Positions 42,980 through 53,173 of a stretch of DNA of 63,346 bases are shown here, piece after piece. Location of the stretch: NCBI GenBank assembly GCA_963788655.1, contig CAWBHS010000012.1:1-63346 (forward strand). The letters run 5' to 3'. How positions within the stretch are numbered: the first letter of the stretch is position 1; each line of letters begins with the position of its first letter. This stretch comes from an uncultured Verrucomicrobiae bacterium. GTDB lineage: Bacteria > Verrucomicrobiota > Verrucomicrobiia > Limisphaerales > JAFGQR01. A program made the translations under genes and the position numbers. The notes under the pieces were generated by a model. That model had not been told where the DNA came from. It did no database searches and saw only the letters and a program-made list of their open reading frames with translations.

Positions 42980-45194
42980 TCAATGGAAGAGCCGAGTGGT
43001 CATCGCGTAGATGATCAGCAACAGCAGGATAATGCCCAGCCCAAAGAAGAAGTAGCCAAACGAGCGGGCGATGGTTCTTCCAGCGTTCCCATTCATCCCG
43101 TATGCGGTACTGAATCCAACCGGCCTTCGGCCACCAATCGGTCATACCAGCGTTTGCGCTCGTGCAGCATCTCGGTCTTGGAGACGCGGCCGGAGAAAAT
43201 GACGGTATCCATCGGGAATTTCTCGATGCGGAAATGCGTGTTGAAGAAATGGATGGAGAAGATGAAGCCCGCCGCCAGCAGCGCCTCGTCCGAGTGAATG
43301 ATCAGCGCGATGTTGATGATCCAGCCCGGCAGAAAGCGCGTGAAGAACGGTCGGAAACCACATGATCAGTCCGGAAGCGCCAATGATGGCCACGCCCCAG
43401 AACACGGCGAAGTAATCGAACTTTTCCCAATACGTCCAGCGGTCAAATTGCGGTTTCGGCCCCTTGCCAAAGAACCATTTGTTGTGCGCCACAAAATCTC
43501 TCCAATCCTGCCAGGTTGGCATCATGGAATCCGGGCCGAAGAGCACGTGCCAGAGCCGTTTGAACTGGAACTTGCCGCGTGGCGGGATCGCGCAGCGATT
43601 TCCTGCCTTTCCACGCCTTGCCCATCAGCGAGGCCAGGTGCAGGCCGAAGTAAAGGAACGTGACCAGCGCGCCGAAGCGGTGCAACGTGCGCGCGGTTTC
43701 CGGGCCGCCGATGACGTTGAAAATCACCTTGGCCCAGTCCGTGTAGTAGAACTTGAGCGGCATGCCGGTGATGACCAGCAGCAGAAAACTGGTCACCACC
43801 AGGAAATGCAGGAAGCGTTCAAACGGCAGGAAGCGAGTGAACCATTCGTCGTCCACCTGCGTTTGGATTTTGGCTTCGCGGAATTTCTTCGAGTCGTGCA
43901 GGTAAAGATAAACCGCGCGGACGAGCCAGATGATGGTGTGCAGGCCAAAGAACGTGAAGACGCCGATCAGCAGGCCCGTCATGCCCAGAAAGACGGCGTG
44001 GAGCAACGGATAATGCTTGCCGTCCAGCGGGTTGGCGTGCGGATCGTATTGCGTGAAACCGATCGTTGCGCCGGGATGACACTTCTGGCAGGTGGCCAGA
44101 ATGTTGGTTTGGGACAGATGCGAGCGCGGATCGGACGGCGGCAGCACGTCGTGATAGCCGTGGCAGTCGTAACACGCGGCCACCGCCGGAGCGCGAATTC
44201 GGTTTGCCCAGCGCCATGGCCTTGCCGTGGTAGGTGTCGTGGTAATGCTCCAGGCGATCTTCGTGGCATTTGCCGCAACGTTGGTCGCTGATGGCCTTGA
44301 AGTTGTTGTTCGGCGGGATTTTCAATTTCGTGCGCGGTGTGGCAATCGGTGCAAACCGGCCCGCGCTGGTCGCCTTTGGCCAGCAATTGGCCGTGAACGC
44401 TTTGATCGTACGTCTGCTCGATGCCCAGGTGGCATTTGCCGCAGGTCTTGGCGACGTTGGCGTGGTTGATCGGCGAATCGCGGTCCACGTCGCGTTTGAT
44501 GTCATGCACGCCGTGGCAATCGTCGCACGACGGCGCCACAATCAATCCCATTTTCAGCAAGGCGTGTCCGTGGATGCTGTCCACGTATTCGGACGCCGCC
44601 TCGGGGATACTTCATTTCGTATTCCTTCGTCAGACCCGGATTGCTATGGCACTTGGCGCAGGTTCGCGGGAGATTCAACTTGAAGACCGGCGACGCCGGA
44701 TTGTTGACCGGCAAAATGTCGTGCGAGCCGTGGCAATCCCAACAATTGGCCGCGCCCGAGGCGCCGAGCTTGTGGCTCACGCCGTGGATGCTGGTCGCAT
44801 ACGCTTTGGCTTCGTCTTCGTGACATTCAGCGCAAATCGGTGGCGGCAAATTGCTGGCGTGAACGAGCTCTTTAATGCCGGCGTGACAATCCACACAATC
44901 CAGAATGGCATGCACGGAGAGGTCGAACGTATTCGTGGGGAAGACCGGCATCGGCACTTCCTTCCCGTTCACCGTGCGGACCTGGTCGGGTTCCAGGTGA
45001 CAATCCAGGCAATCGGAGTTGGCAATAGTCTCGGGCGCGGCCGCCGGTTCGGCTTCCGCGGCGCCAGCGTTGAAACCCACCAGCGGCAACAGAACCGCAA
45101 CGAGACATCCTCCTCCCATCCTGGCGAACGAGCGGCGATTTAGAATTGTACGGGGCATTGAATGAAGAGGAACAACCGGGACACGCATGGCCAT
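42980..45194 (-). CDS. CbcL-like multiheme c (11 CxxCH) plus cytochrome b membrane protein; several frameshifts
   Basis: CLDCH, CVDCH, CAECH, CWDCH, CAKCH, CDDCH, CGKCH, CTDCH, CGKCH, CYDCH, CQKCH; then ERFLH..ITGMPLKF, LHRFGA, RWTYWEKFDYFAVFWG, IHSDEA. Confidence 0.75.
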
Positions 45195-45195
45195 T

Positions 45196-46674
45196 CTATA
45201 ATCCTCCCGTATGACAATCGCTGCACAGGAAGTCGGGGTCGTATGCATCACTCGGATGTTTGAACTCCTGCCCTTCGGCACTGAGGTGATTAAGTTCTTC
45301 GCCGCGGCCCTGCGTCAAGATGATGTGACAGGCGTTGCAATCACCGGACTTGATCATCTCCTTGCCGCCATCCGAAACGTGTTTGCCGTCGTGACAACGG
45401 AAACACCCTGGCCACATCTTATGTCCAATATTATCGGGATAGGCTTTCCAGTTGGCCTTCATCTCCGGGAAGAAATTCTCGCTATAGATCGTCTGGACGG
45501 CGCTGATTACCTTGCGCGCCTGGGGGCTGTTGGGATAGCTGCTGGCCAGGGACGTCGCAATCTTCTGGAGCGCGTCGGTTTCATTCGTGTACGTTTGGGT
45601 AAGGACGTACATGGCATTGCTCTTGACCAAGGGAATGGAAGGATCAATGTTCCCCAGACTCATGGCCAGGTTCACCGCGTCGTTGGGCGATTTGTAAATG
45701 TGCGCCGGCCGGTTGTGACAATCCATGCAGTCCACGGTTCGAATTTCGCTTTCCGCCACTTGGTTGGTGAAGTCTTCAACCCGAAACACCGTCACCACGC
45801 CCTGGGCATCGGTGAGCCGCACCCACGGAATATCCTGGCGCGCCTTGTCGCGGGGGAAATACTCGACCTTGTTCCCGACGTTCATGTGCCAGTGGATGCC
45901 GCCCACCGGTCCGGAAGTCGGATCGCCCCCACCGACCTTGAGCAGCAGGCGCACAGAATACTCGGTGTTGGTCTGGTCGGTTAAGAAATGCGAAAAAGTG
46001 CGGTCCAAATTGCCGACAAACTTTCTTGGCCAATGACACTGCTCACACGTGTCCTGGGCCGGGCGCAGATGCTTGATCGGGGTGGGAATGGGCCGCGGAT
46101 ATTTATCCGCCAGGGTGGCGTACACCTGATACGTGCCGGACAGCTTGGAACGGACAAACCAAGTGGCGCCCGGACCAATGTGGCATTCGGTGCAGGCAAC
46201 GCGCGCATGCGGCGAATGTTGGTAGGTGACCAGTTCCGGTCGCATCACGGTATGGCAGGCCCCGCCGCAGAACTGCACCGATTCCGTGAAATGATAAGTC
46301 TTATAGCTGCCCAGCGCCGACAGCAGCAGGAAGAGCACGCCGCCGGTCAGGAAGTACGCAAAGATCCGGCGGTCCCGCGGCCGCGACAGATTGATCGTCA
46401 TGGGCAGCGGTGCGCCGTGCGCTTTGATCACTTGCCGGTGCCGCAGAAAAGCGCCCAGCAACGTCAGGCCAATCCCAAGAATCAGGAAGGCAGGCGCCAC
46501 GATGAAATTCAGAATCCCAACGTACGGATTCGAGGTCGGGGCGAGGACATGAATGAACAGCAGGAGAAAGAACGAGAACAAGCTGGCGGCCATGACCGCC
46601 ATGCCGCACCAGCTTAACCAATTGCGGAACAACGCGAGGCGTGTGGGCGGTTTTGCAGGGGAATCATTACTCAT
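45196..46674 (-). CDS. ImcH-like NapC/NirT family heptaheme inner-membrane cytochrome
   Basis: 3 N-terminal TM helices; CGGACH, CTECH, CEQCH, CMDCH, CFRCH, CNACH, CSDCH; GIHWH, HNRPAH. Confidence 0.8.
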   Translation of the reverse strand: MSNDSPAKPPTRLALFRNWLSWCGMAVMAASLFSFFLLLFIHVLAPTSNPYVGILNFIVAPAFLILGIGLTLLGAFLRHRQVIKAHGAPLPMTINLSRPRDRRIFAYFLTGGVLFLLLSALGSYKTYHFTESVQFCGGACHTVMRPELVTYQHSPHARVACTECHIGPGATWFVRSKLSGTYQVYATLADKYPRPIPTPIKHLRPAQDTCEQCHWPRKFVGNLDRTFSHFLTDQTNTEYSVRLLLKVGGGDPTSGPVGGIHWHMNVGNKVEYFPRDKARQDIPWVRLTDAQGVVTVFRVEDFTNQVAESEIRTVDCMDCHNRPAHIYKSPNDAVNLAMSLGNIDPSIPLVKSNAMYVLTQTYTNETDALQKIATSLASSYPNSPQARKVISAVQTIYSENFFPEMKANWKAYPDNIGHKMWPGCFRCHDGKHVSDGGKEMIKSGDCNACHIILTQGRGEELNHLSAEGQEFKHPSDAYDPDFLCSDCHTGGL

Positions 46675-46827
46675 AGATTAATCTTCACGAAACAAGTTGG
46701 TAAATGGGGGACGGATTGCCGGTGGCCGGTGGCATCGTTTGACCGTGCCAACCACGGGCAAGGCTCAAGTCGCCGCGCTTCCCGAGGGGGCTGATGAAAA
46801 ACTGATGGTCTGCGACGGCCGGCTCCC

Positions 46828-48089
46828 TCATGGCGCTTCCCCGCTGGTGGCCAAAACGGCGGAACTGCCGGTTGAATGATGTTCGCTGCTTTCGAGGTCG
46901 GGCGGCAGGAACAACTTGATAAAAACCACCAGAATGAGAAACGGCAGCAACAAAAGAAAGAGTGACATCAGCATACCTTCCATTCCAATGAATTCCATTT
47001 TGTAGCTCATGATGCCACGCAAGCTTTTGGAGAAAAGCTGGCCCCCAATGACCACGTTCCAGCGCATTGCCAGCACGCCGACGAGGATCAGCATCGAACT
47101 CGCAAAATACATCCGCCGCCGCTGCAATTCCGGCACGTGCTTGCGGATCAACTGCAACGACCCCAGCAAAATCAGCGGCACCAGCGTGCCACACAAGGCC
47201 TGGCCCAGATTCAACGTGTAAAACAGTCGTTCGTGGGCCATGTATTGCATGACTTGGAAGCCTTCTTCCGCCGAATAGACCCGATGGATCCAATCCAGGC
47301 CTTCCAGGGACGCATCAACAACCAAGGCAAAAAATAGAAACATCCCCATGACATCGAGACACTTCATGTCCACGGTCTTCCGGCGGACCCAGCTCAAAAC
47401 CATGTAATTGAACACACACAGCGCAATGCCGGAAACAATGGCGGACATGATGAAAATGATCGGCATCAGCACATTGCCCCACCAGGGATTGGCCTTGATC
47501 GAACCGAAGATAAAGCCCACATAACCGTGCAACAGGAACGCCGAAGGGATACCCACAATGGAAAGGATCACGTCCAATTTTAGCATCCAGCGCGAGCGCT
47601 GGCGGAGAGACATCGGTCACTCCCACGGTAAACAGCCGGTATAGAATACCTTTCAATCCCGCCTGGTTTTCGGACCATTCCACAAAATCGTGCCGATAAT
47701 CAAACCACAACTCCAGCAACAACACCGCCATCAAATACCAGGCATAAACGAATCCGAAGATCGCCATGGGCGAAGTCAGATGCGGCGTCATCATGATTTC
47801 GAAGCACCGCTCGGGATGCCCCAAGTGGCAGAGCAGCGGCAAGGCGGCGCAGAGCAGGAAGGCGAACGCCGTCAACAGCGACAACCGATACACCGGCTCC
47901 AGGGCCTTGACCTTGAACACCCGCACCAGCGAGGCCATGATGAAGGCACCCGCCACCAGCCCGGTGATGTACGGATACAGGACGATCAACATGCTCCACA
48001 GCGGGTGCATGCGTGGCCTCATTGGGATAGACATATCCTTCCAAGTGCGGCAACACTTCCACGACGATATTGGTAATTGCGTTCGTCAT
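46828..48089 (-). CDS. NrfD/PsrC family membrane subunit (CbcU-like); frameshifts near 48015 and 47575
   Basis: IVLYPYITGLVAG, HLGHPER, TSPMA, LHGYVGFIFG, MRWNVVIGGQ. Confidence 0.8.
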
Positions 48090-48090
48090 G

Positions 48091-48900
48091 TTATCGAACC
48101 TCCTTGTCAATGCCCGCGTAATAGACCCGCGGGGCCGTGCCCAGGTGCGGTTTCAGCGCTTCCACGCGATTGTTCCGGTAAAACACCTGGATGGGATCAT
48201 CTGGACCTGCGGTCAACAAATCACCAAAGATTCGCGCTTGCGTGGGACAGACCTCCACGCAGGCCGGCTTCAGGCCACGGGTAATCCGATGATAACAGAG
48301 CGTGCATTTCTCCGCGGTCTTCGTCAGCGGGCTCAAAAATCGGCAGCCGTAGGGGCAGGCCTGGATGCAGAAGCCACAACCAATGCAATACTTCGGATCA
48401 ATCAGCACCGCACCGTCCGGAGCATCAAAGGTGGCCCCGACTGGACAGGCCTGGGTGCAAGGTGAGTGCTCACAAAGGTTGCACAGTTTGGGCACGAAAA
48501 ACGAATGCTGAATCTCTTCCGCGGGAACCGGCACAGTTGAGAAGCCGTGCATTCCGCCGTCCGGAGAATCCACCAGCGTTTCGCCCCGGGCTTCACCCGA
48601 TCCGGGCTTGGGTTTGGTGATGATATAGCGTTCAATCCAAGTGCGAAAGTAGGGTCCTTCCGGCACATGGTTCTCTCGCTTGCAGGCTTCGGCGCAAAGG
48701 CCACAACCGATACACCGATTGGCATCGATGGCCATGACCCACTTGTGCTTGGTGGGGTCATAACCTTTGGGGGCACCGGAGGAAACAAATACTTTTCTTA
48801 CCGCTGCCTTGGCGGTCTTTAACGCCGGCAGGGCAGCTAACCCCGCGACAATGCCACTGATTCGGCCGAGAACGCTGCGCCGGGAAATCGTCTTTTTCAT
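48091..48900 (-). CDS. Tat-exported 4Fe-4S dicluster protein (NrfC/CbcT-like)
   Basis: SRRSVL; CIGCGLCAEAC, CNLCEHSPC..CP, CIGCGFCIQACPY, CTLC..PACVEVCP. Confidence 0.85.
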   Translation of the reverse strand: MKKTISRRSVLGRISGIVAGLAALPALKTAKAAVRKVFVSSGAPKGYDPTKHKWVMAIDANRCIGCGLCAEACKRENHVPEGPYFRTWIERYIITKPKPGSGEARGETLVDSPDGGMHGFSTVPVPAEEIQHSFFVPKLCNLCEHSPCTQACPVGATFDAPDGAVLIDPKYCIGCGFCIQACPYGCRFLSPLTKTAEKCTLCYHRITRGLKPACVEVCPTQARIFGDLLTAGPDDPIQVFYRNNRVEALKPHLGTAPRVYYAGIDKEVR

Positions 48901-49356
48901 GGCACCTCCGTCGGTTGATGGGGCACATGACACTCGGTGCATTTGTCACCGGCGTAATGCTCTTTGGAGTTGATCTGCTTGTGCCATTTCGGCCGGGAGG
49001 GATTGGCCTCATGGCAGCGGACACAGTGGCTATAAGTCAAAATCGTCATGGAATGGATGTCGGGATTGTCCACATGGGCCTGCCCGGCGCCGTGGCATCC
49101 TTCGCAAGACAACGTTTTGTGTACGCCCGTCGGTTACTTTTTCATACTCGTCGGCGTGACATTCTTCACAAGCTTTCGAACCCGCATAAACGCGGTCATA
49201 ACTGGCCAGTTCCTCCAGAGCGTTGCCCCGGTACCACCCGTACTCGTTGAACGAAGGCGGCGTCAGAAAAAATCGCGCCACCGAATACGAGCCGACAATA
49301 CCAATTGTCAGCAGCAAAATCCGGGTGACTTGCGGGGGGATCTTAGGGCGCAACAT
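48897..49356 (-). CDS. membrane-anchored tetraheme cytochrome c (CbcS-like); frameshift near 49130
   Basis: N-terminal TM helix; CEECH, CEGCH, CVRCH, CTECH. Confidence 0.75.
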
Positions 49357-49360
49357 ATTT

Positions 49361-49405
49361 AAAAAGCGAACCGGGAACCGTCCCTTTGTCCCGGTTCCCG
49401 GTTCG
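49361..49405 (-). terminator. intrinsic terminator inside the cytochrome cluster
   Basis: perfect 14-bp stem CGAACCGGGAACCG/CGGTTCCCGGTTCG followed by a T5 run on the minus strand. Confidence 0.7.
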
Positions 49406-49537
49406 TCGTTTCATTCGTATAACAATGGAGATAAAGACTCAAACTTCGGAAGCGAACCGATCCGAGTCCATGGTGTTGGGATCCAACCCACGTCCGGAGC
49501 CTCCGGATGGACCGTTGCTCGCTGAATCCAGCCGCAG

Positions 49538-49873
49538 TTATTTCTTCATCTTGCGGATCAGGTCAACCAAGGCCTTGATATCGGCATCGGAGAGGGTCGA
49601 AGCGTAGCCTTTCATCACGGTCCGCGAGCCTTCCTTCTTGCCTTCCTTGATGATCTTGGTGGCTTCTTCGTCGCTGAAGGCGGCCTGCACCTTCGCATCC
49701 GTGTAATCCTTGCACTTGAGCTTCTGGCCCATTTTGGTGTCGCCTTTGCCTTCCTTGCCGTGGCATTTGGCGCATTGTTTGTCCCAATTGGCCTGAGCAT
49801 CGGCAGCCGAAACGTTCCAGGTAAAAGCAGTCACGGCCAGCGCGGCGATTGCGGTTTTTAGTTTCCAGTTCAT
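49538..49873 (-). CDS. periplasmic monoheme class I cytochrome c
   Basis: signal peptide, CAKCH, distal Met in VMKGY, very Lys-rich. Confidence 0.9.
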   Translation of the reverse strand: MNWKLKTAIAALAVTAFTWNVSAADAQANWDKQCAKCHGKEGKGDTKMGQKLKCKDYTDAKVQAAFSDEEATKIIKEGKKEGSRTVMKGYASTLSDADIKALVDLIRKMKK

Positions 49874-50004
49874 AGCTATTTTTGTTTTGTCAGTATTGTA
49901 TTTGCTTACGATTTTTTATGCGGCACGGCCCTCGACACAGAGAGCAGCGTGCCAAAGTTGGACGGGGAAATCAGCCACGGTATTCTGTTGCGCACGTCGG
50001 TTTC

Positions 50005-52236
50005 TCAAAACAGATACTGGATGCTGGAATAAACCATGTGAGCTTGATAGTCGTTATAGCCCCCGGACGCATAATCCCGATTGTCAAAGTATCCGTATTT
50101 CAGGGTCCAGCGCATACGCGCGTTGATCCGCCGGATCATCGCCAACGTGACGGCATGCTCTTCGTCATCCGCTCCATAGGGCACACTGACGCTGGAGTTG
50201 TCCACGAAGTTGTTGGCGCGGTAATAGGAATAGTTGGCCTGGAGATCCGTCTTGGCGTTGAGGTTGTAACTGACCATGAAATTGGCGCTCCAATAGTCGT
50301 TCTTCGACGGCAACACCAAATTGGCATCCGCTCCAGCCAAGTCGTTGGCCGGGGTTTCGGTCTTGTCGAACGCGACATTGGCACTCGCCTGCAAGAAAAG
50401 TCGATTGCATGGCACCCAGGAGATGCTTTCGCCAAAGATGTGCGAAGTGGTTTCAGCGCTTTGGATTTCGGTCAGCCCGTTTCCCCGGGTGTCGATGCGC
50501 GAAAGTTGGAAATCGTACCGGCTCACGAAGGTCAGATTGTTCAACGGGCGCAGGGTAAAGCGGAAGTTCACATCATCCGTGTCGAATTCCTGCTCGTCGA
50601 TGAAGCCGGGATACCGTTTGTAAGTCGTTTGCGGTGCCCAGATCACAGAATGGTCGTAATCGTTGTTCCGCATTTTGTGATAGTACTGGGCGGCGAAATT
50701 CAGGCGCTTCCACGGATACCAGTTGGCGCCTATGCTGTACTTCTGGGTGAAGCGGTTGTAGTCGGTTTGCTGCGTATAGGCGTCCGGTAATAGGGGATTG
50801 CTAAAGAGGGACAGCCCTCCCGAAAAACGGTCGTTCTTGTTGCCCTGGTCCTGTGCCCATTCCGCCCGGCCGTAGAACACCCAATTCGTGAGGCGCGAGT
50901 AACGCAGGTCCAGGCGCTCCGAAACCGCCAGCAAATCGCGGTCACTGTCAGCGCGCGAACTGATGAGGGAGTTGCGCGGACTGGCAAGATCGTCAAAGAT
51001 CGAACTGGCCTCGGTATCTTGTTTTTCCACCCGCACAGACGGCACCACCGAGAAGTATTCCCAGGGCTTGTAAGCGAGGTTGAGGTTGACGACGTACTCC
51101 TTCAACTGCGAGCCACCGGAGAGGTTCCAATAGCCCTCATCGCCGGGCAGCGCCCGCAGCCCGAAAGTATTCAAGTCGTACGCCAGATCGTAACCCGCCC
51201 CATAAAACCGGCTGCCAGACAAATCGCTGTCCAACGTGGTGAAGGAAGCTCCGGCCGTCAGCATCAGCTTGTCATTGAACCGGGTGATCGCCGAACCATG
51301 AACGTTGAACAAATCAACGTTGTTCTTGTCCCGGGTAGTCACGTAACGGTCGGGTTGTATCATCAGCCCCGGAAAGGATTCGCCGGGACGCCGATGCACA
51401 TTCAGCGAATCATCAATTTCCGAAGTTTCATAACGCAGGCCCAGGCCCAGAGTGGTCTTGGCGATCGTGTGCCGGCCAGTTAATTCAAAAATGTCGCGCT
51501 TCTCGTCAATATCCCGGAAGGAGGGCACAATGCCGCGCAGAAAAGGATCGGCCGCATTGGGACGATTGACGGTGGAATAATCTCCCCACGAGGTGGAGTC
51601 TTCCAGGCCGCGGCGAAATTTGTGATCATACCGGAACTTGAGTATCGGCAGATCGGGCATGGTCAATCCTGCTTCGAACCAAGCATCCCCGCGATCGATG
51701 TGCAAATTCTCGTTGTACAACGAAAACCATTTTTCGCCCTGGGGCAGAAACCCACCGCTGCCGTCATACCAAGTCCGATATTCCCGATACCCGGCCCGCA
51801 CATAACCCTTGTCCGGATACGAATAATCCAGCTTCAGGTTGTAGTCGTGCAGATCGAAGATTCCACGCCCGTCCAGTTTGAACAGTCCTTCTTTCCCGAC
51901 GCTCTTTTCGTAATGAAAACCCTCGACGCCACCAAACGCACCGCGCGGCAGGTTATGCCGTTTCATGAACTGCGCTTTGTCGCCGTCCACGGCCACGCCG
52001 CCCACTGAAACATTCACCCAATTCTTCAGTTCCGAAACGTCCACTTCGGGTTCTTCTTCCGCTTCGGCCTTGGGCTCGGGTTGGTCATTGGATTTCGCCG
52101 CCGAGGCATCTTCGGCGGCCAGCGCCGGGCTGCCCATCAGGCACAAGCCGGTAAACAACACGAGCCCACGCGCAAATCGGCGATCCTTGGATTGAGTATT
52201 GGATTCTAGTTGCATAGGTTTCTGAGGTTCCGGCAT
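50005..52236 (-). CDS. MtrB/PioB-like outer-membrane beta-barrel porin
   Basis: signal peptide; alternating aromatic beta-strands; C-terminal QYLF; immediately downstream of the MtrA-like gene. Confidence 0.75.
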   Translation of the reverse strand: MPEPQKPMQLESNTQSKDRRFARGLVLFTGLCLMGSPALAAEDASAAKSNDQPEPKAEAEEEPEVDVSELKNWVNVSVGGVAVDGDKAQFMKRHNLPRGAFGGVEGFHYEKSVGKEGLFKLDGRGIFDLHDYNLKLDYSYPDKGYVRAGYREYRTWYDGSGGFLPQGEKWFSLYNENLHIDRGDAWFEAGLTMPDLPILKFRYDHKFRRGLEDSTSWGDYSTVNRPNAADPFLRGIVPSFRDIDEKRDIFELTGRHTIAKTTLGLGLRYETSEIDDSLNVHRRPGESFPGLMIQPDRYVTTRDKNNVDLFNVHGSAITRFNDKLMLTAGASFTTLDSDLSGSRFYGAGYDLAYDLNTFGLRALPGDEGYWNLSGGSQLKEYVVNLNLAYKPWEYFSVVPSVRVEKQDTEASSIFDDLASPRNSLISSRADSDRDLLAVSERLDLRYSRLTNWVFYGRAEWAQDQGNKNDRFSGGLSLFSNPLLPDAYTQQTDYNRFTQKYSIGANWYPWKRLNFAAQYYHKMRNNDYDHSVIWAPQTTYKRYPGFIDEQEFDTDDVNFRFTLRPLNNLTFVSRYDFQLSRIDTRGNGLTEIQSAETTSHIFGESISWVPCNRLFLQASANVAFDKTETPANDLAGADANLVLPSKNDYWSANFMVSYNLNAKTDLQANYSYYRANNFVDNSSVSVPYGADDEEHAVTLAMIRRINARMRWTLKYGYFDNRDYASGGYNDYQAHMVYSSIQYLF

Positions 52237-52240
52237 TCAA

Positions 52241-53063
52241 CTAATAGTGCAAAGACGGGCTCACTTGTGAACCATGGACCGCTTCGTGACAGCCGGCCGT
52301 CCAACAGGTGCCGCGCGCCAGAAAATCTTGATGGGGAATATCCCCAATGAGAATGCCACTCGAGGTGCGTTGTTGGAAATGACATTTCAGGCACAAGTTG
52401 GCGTTGCGCTGGCGCAGCAGCTTGGCATTGACCGAACCATGCGGGTCATGGCAGGTGGTGCAACCTTCCCGCATCGCCTCATGCTGGAAAACGAACGGAC
52501 CGCGCTGCTCGATGTGACAATCAAAACACAGCGCATCGATCGAGTCCGTCGAAGTACCTCGATGACCCAACAGCGATCCTTTATGCGGATTGTGACAATC
52601 GCTACAGCTCATCCGACCTTCAAGCACCTGGTGGTGATAGGGCATGTTTTGGAACTGTCCCCGCTTATCCATGTGGCATTGGAAGCAGATTTCCGGTGAC
52701 TTGCGCGGATTGACGATGTTTCCCCGGCCGCCGCCCGCATCCGAATGGACGCTTCCCGGGCCATGGCAAGCCTCGCAGCCCACATTGATCGCATTGGGGC
52801 TGTTGACCTTCAACAGCGCGTGGTCCGCTCCCGCCTTGAATCCCTGCGTGATTTGATCGTGGCAAATCATACAGTCTTCCGACCCAATGAAGGTCGCCCC
52901 GGGAATCTGCGAAGGAATCACCAGAGGACTGGTTAGTGGAAACACAAGACACCACTACCAGGGAAACCACCAAGGCGCTGCCGGCCACCCAGAGTCTCCG
53001 GTGGCGAAGCCACCTTCCGAAGCGAAATGTGTTTGCGTCTGTGGACGCGGTTTCAGGTTTCAT
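52241..53063 (-). CDS. MtrA/DmsE/PioA-family cytochrome with 8 heme motifs; lipobox-like signal; frameshift near 52937
   Basis: VVVSC; CMICH, CEACHGPGSVH, CFQCH, CSDCHNPH, CFDCH..RGPFVFQH, CTTCHDPHGS, CLKCH, CWTAGCH..VHGS. Confidence 0.8.
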
Positions 53064-53173
53064 CGTTATTCTAAGTGATCTTGCTGCGCCGGTAACTTCA
53101 CACGTTCAACAGAGGCCAATGGCCGTAAATGATCGCGCGCGATGTCGACCATTTGCGCCGGCCGTCCCCTGCC

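Noticed and set aside
46828..48900. Nitrite ammonification (Nrf) or polysulfide reductase
   Set aside because: No NrfA CxxCK motif and no molybdopterin catalytic subunit in the cluster.
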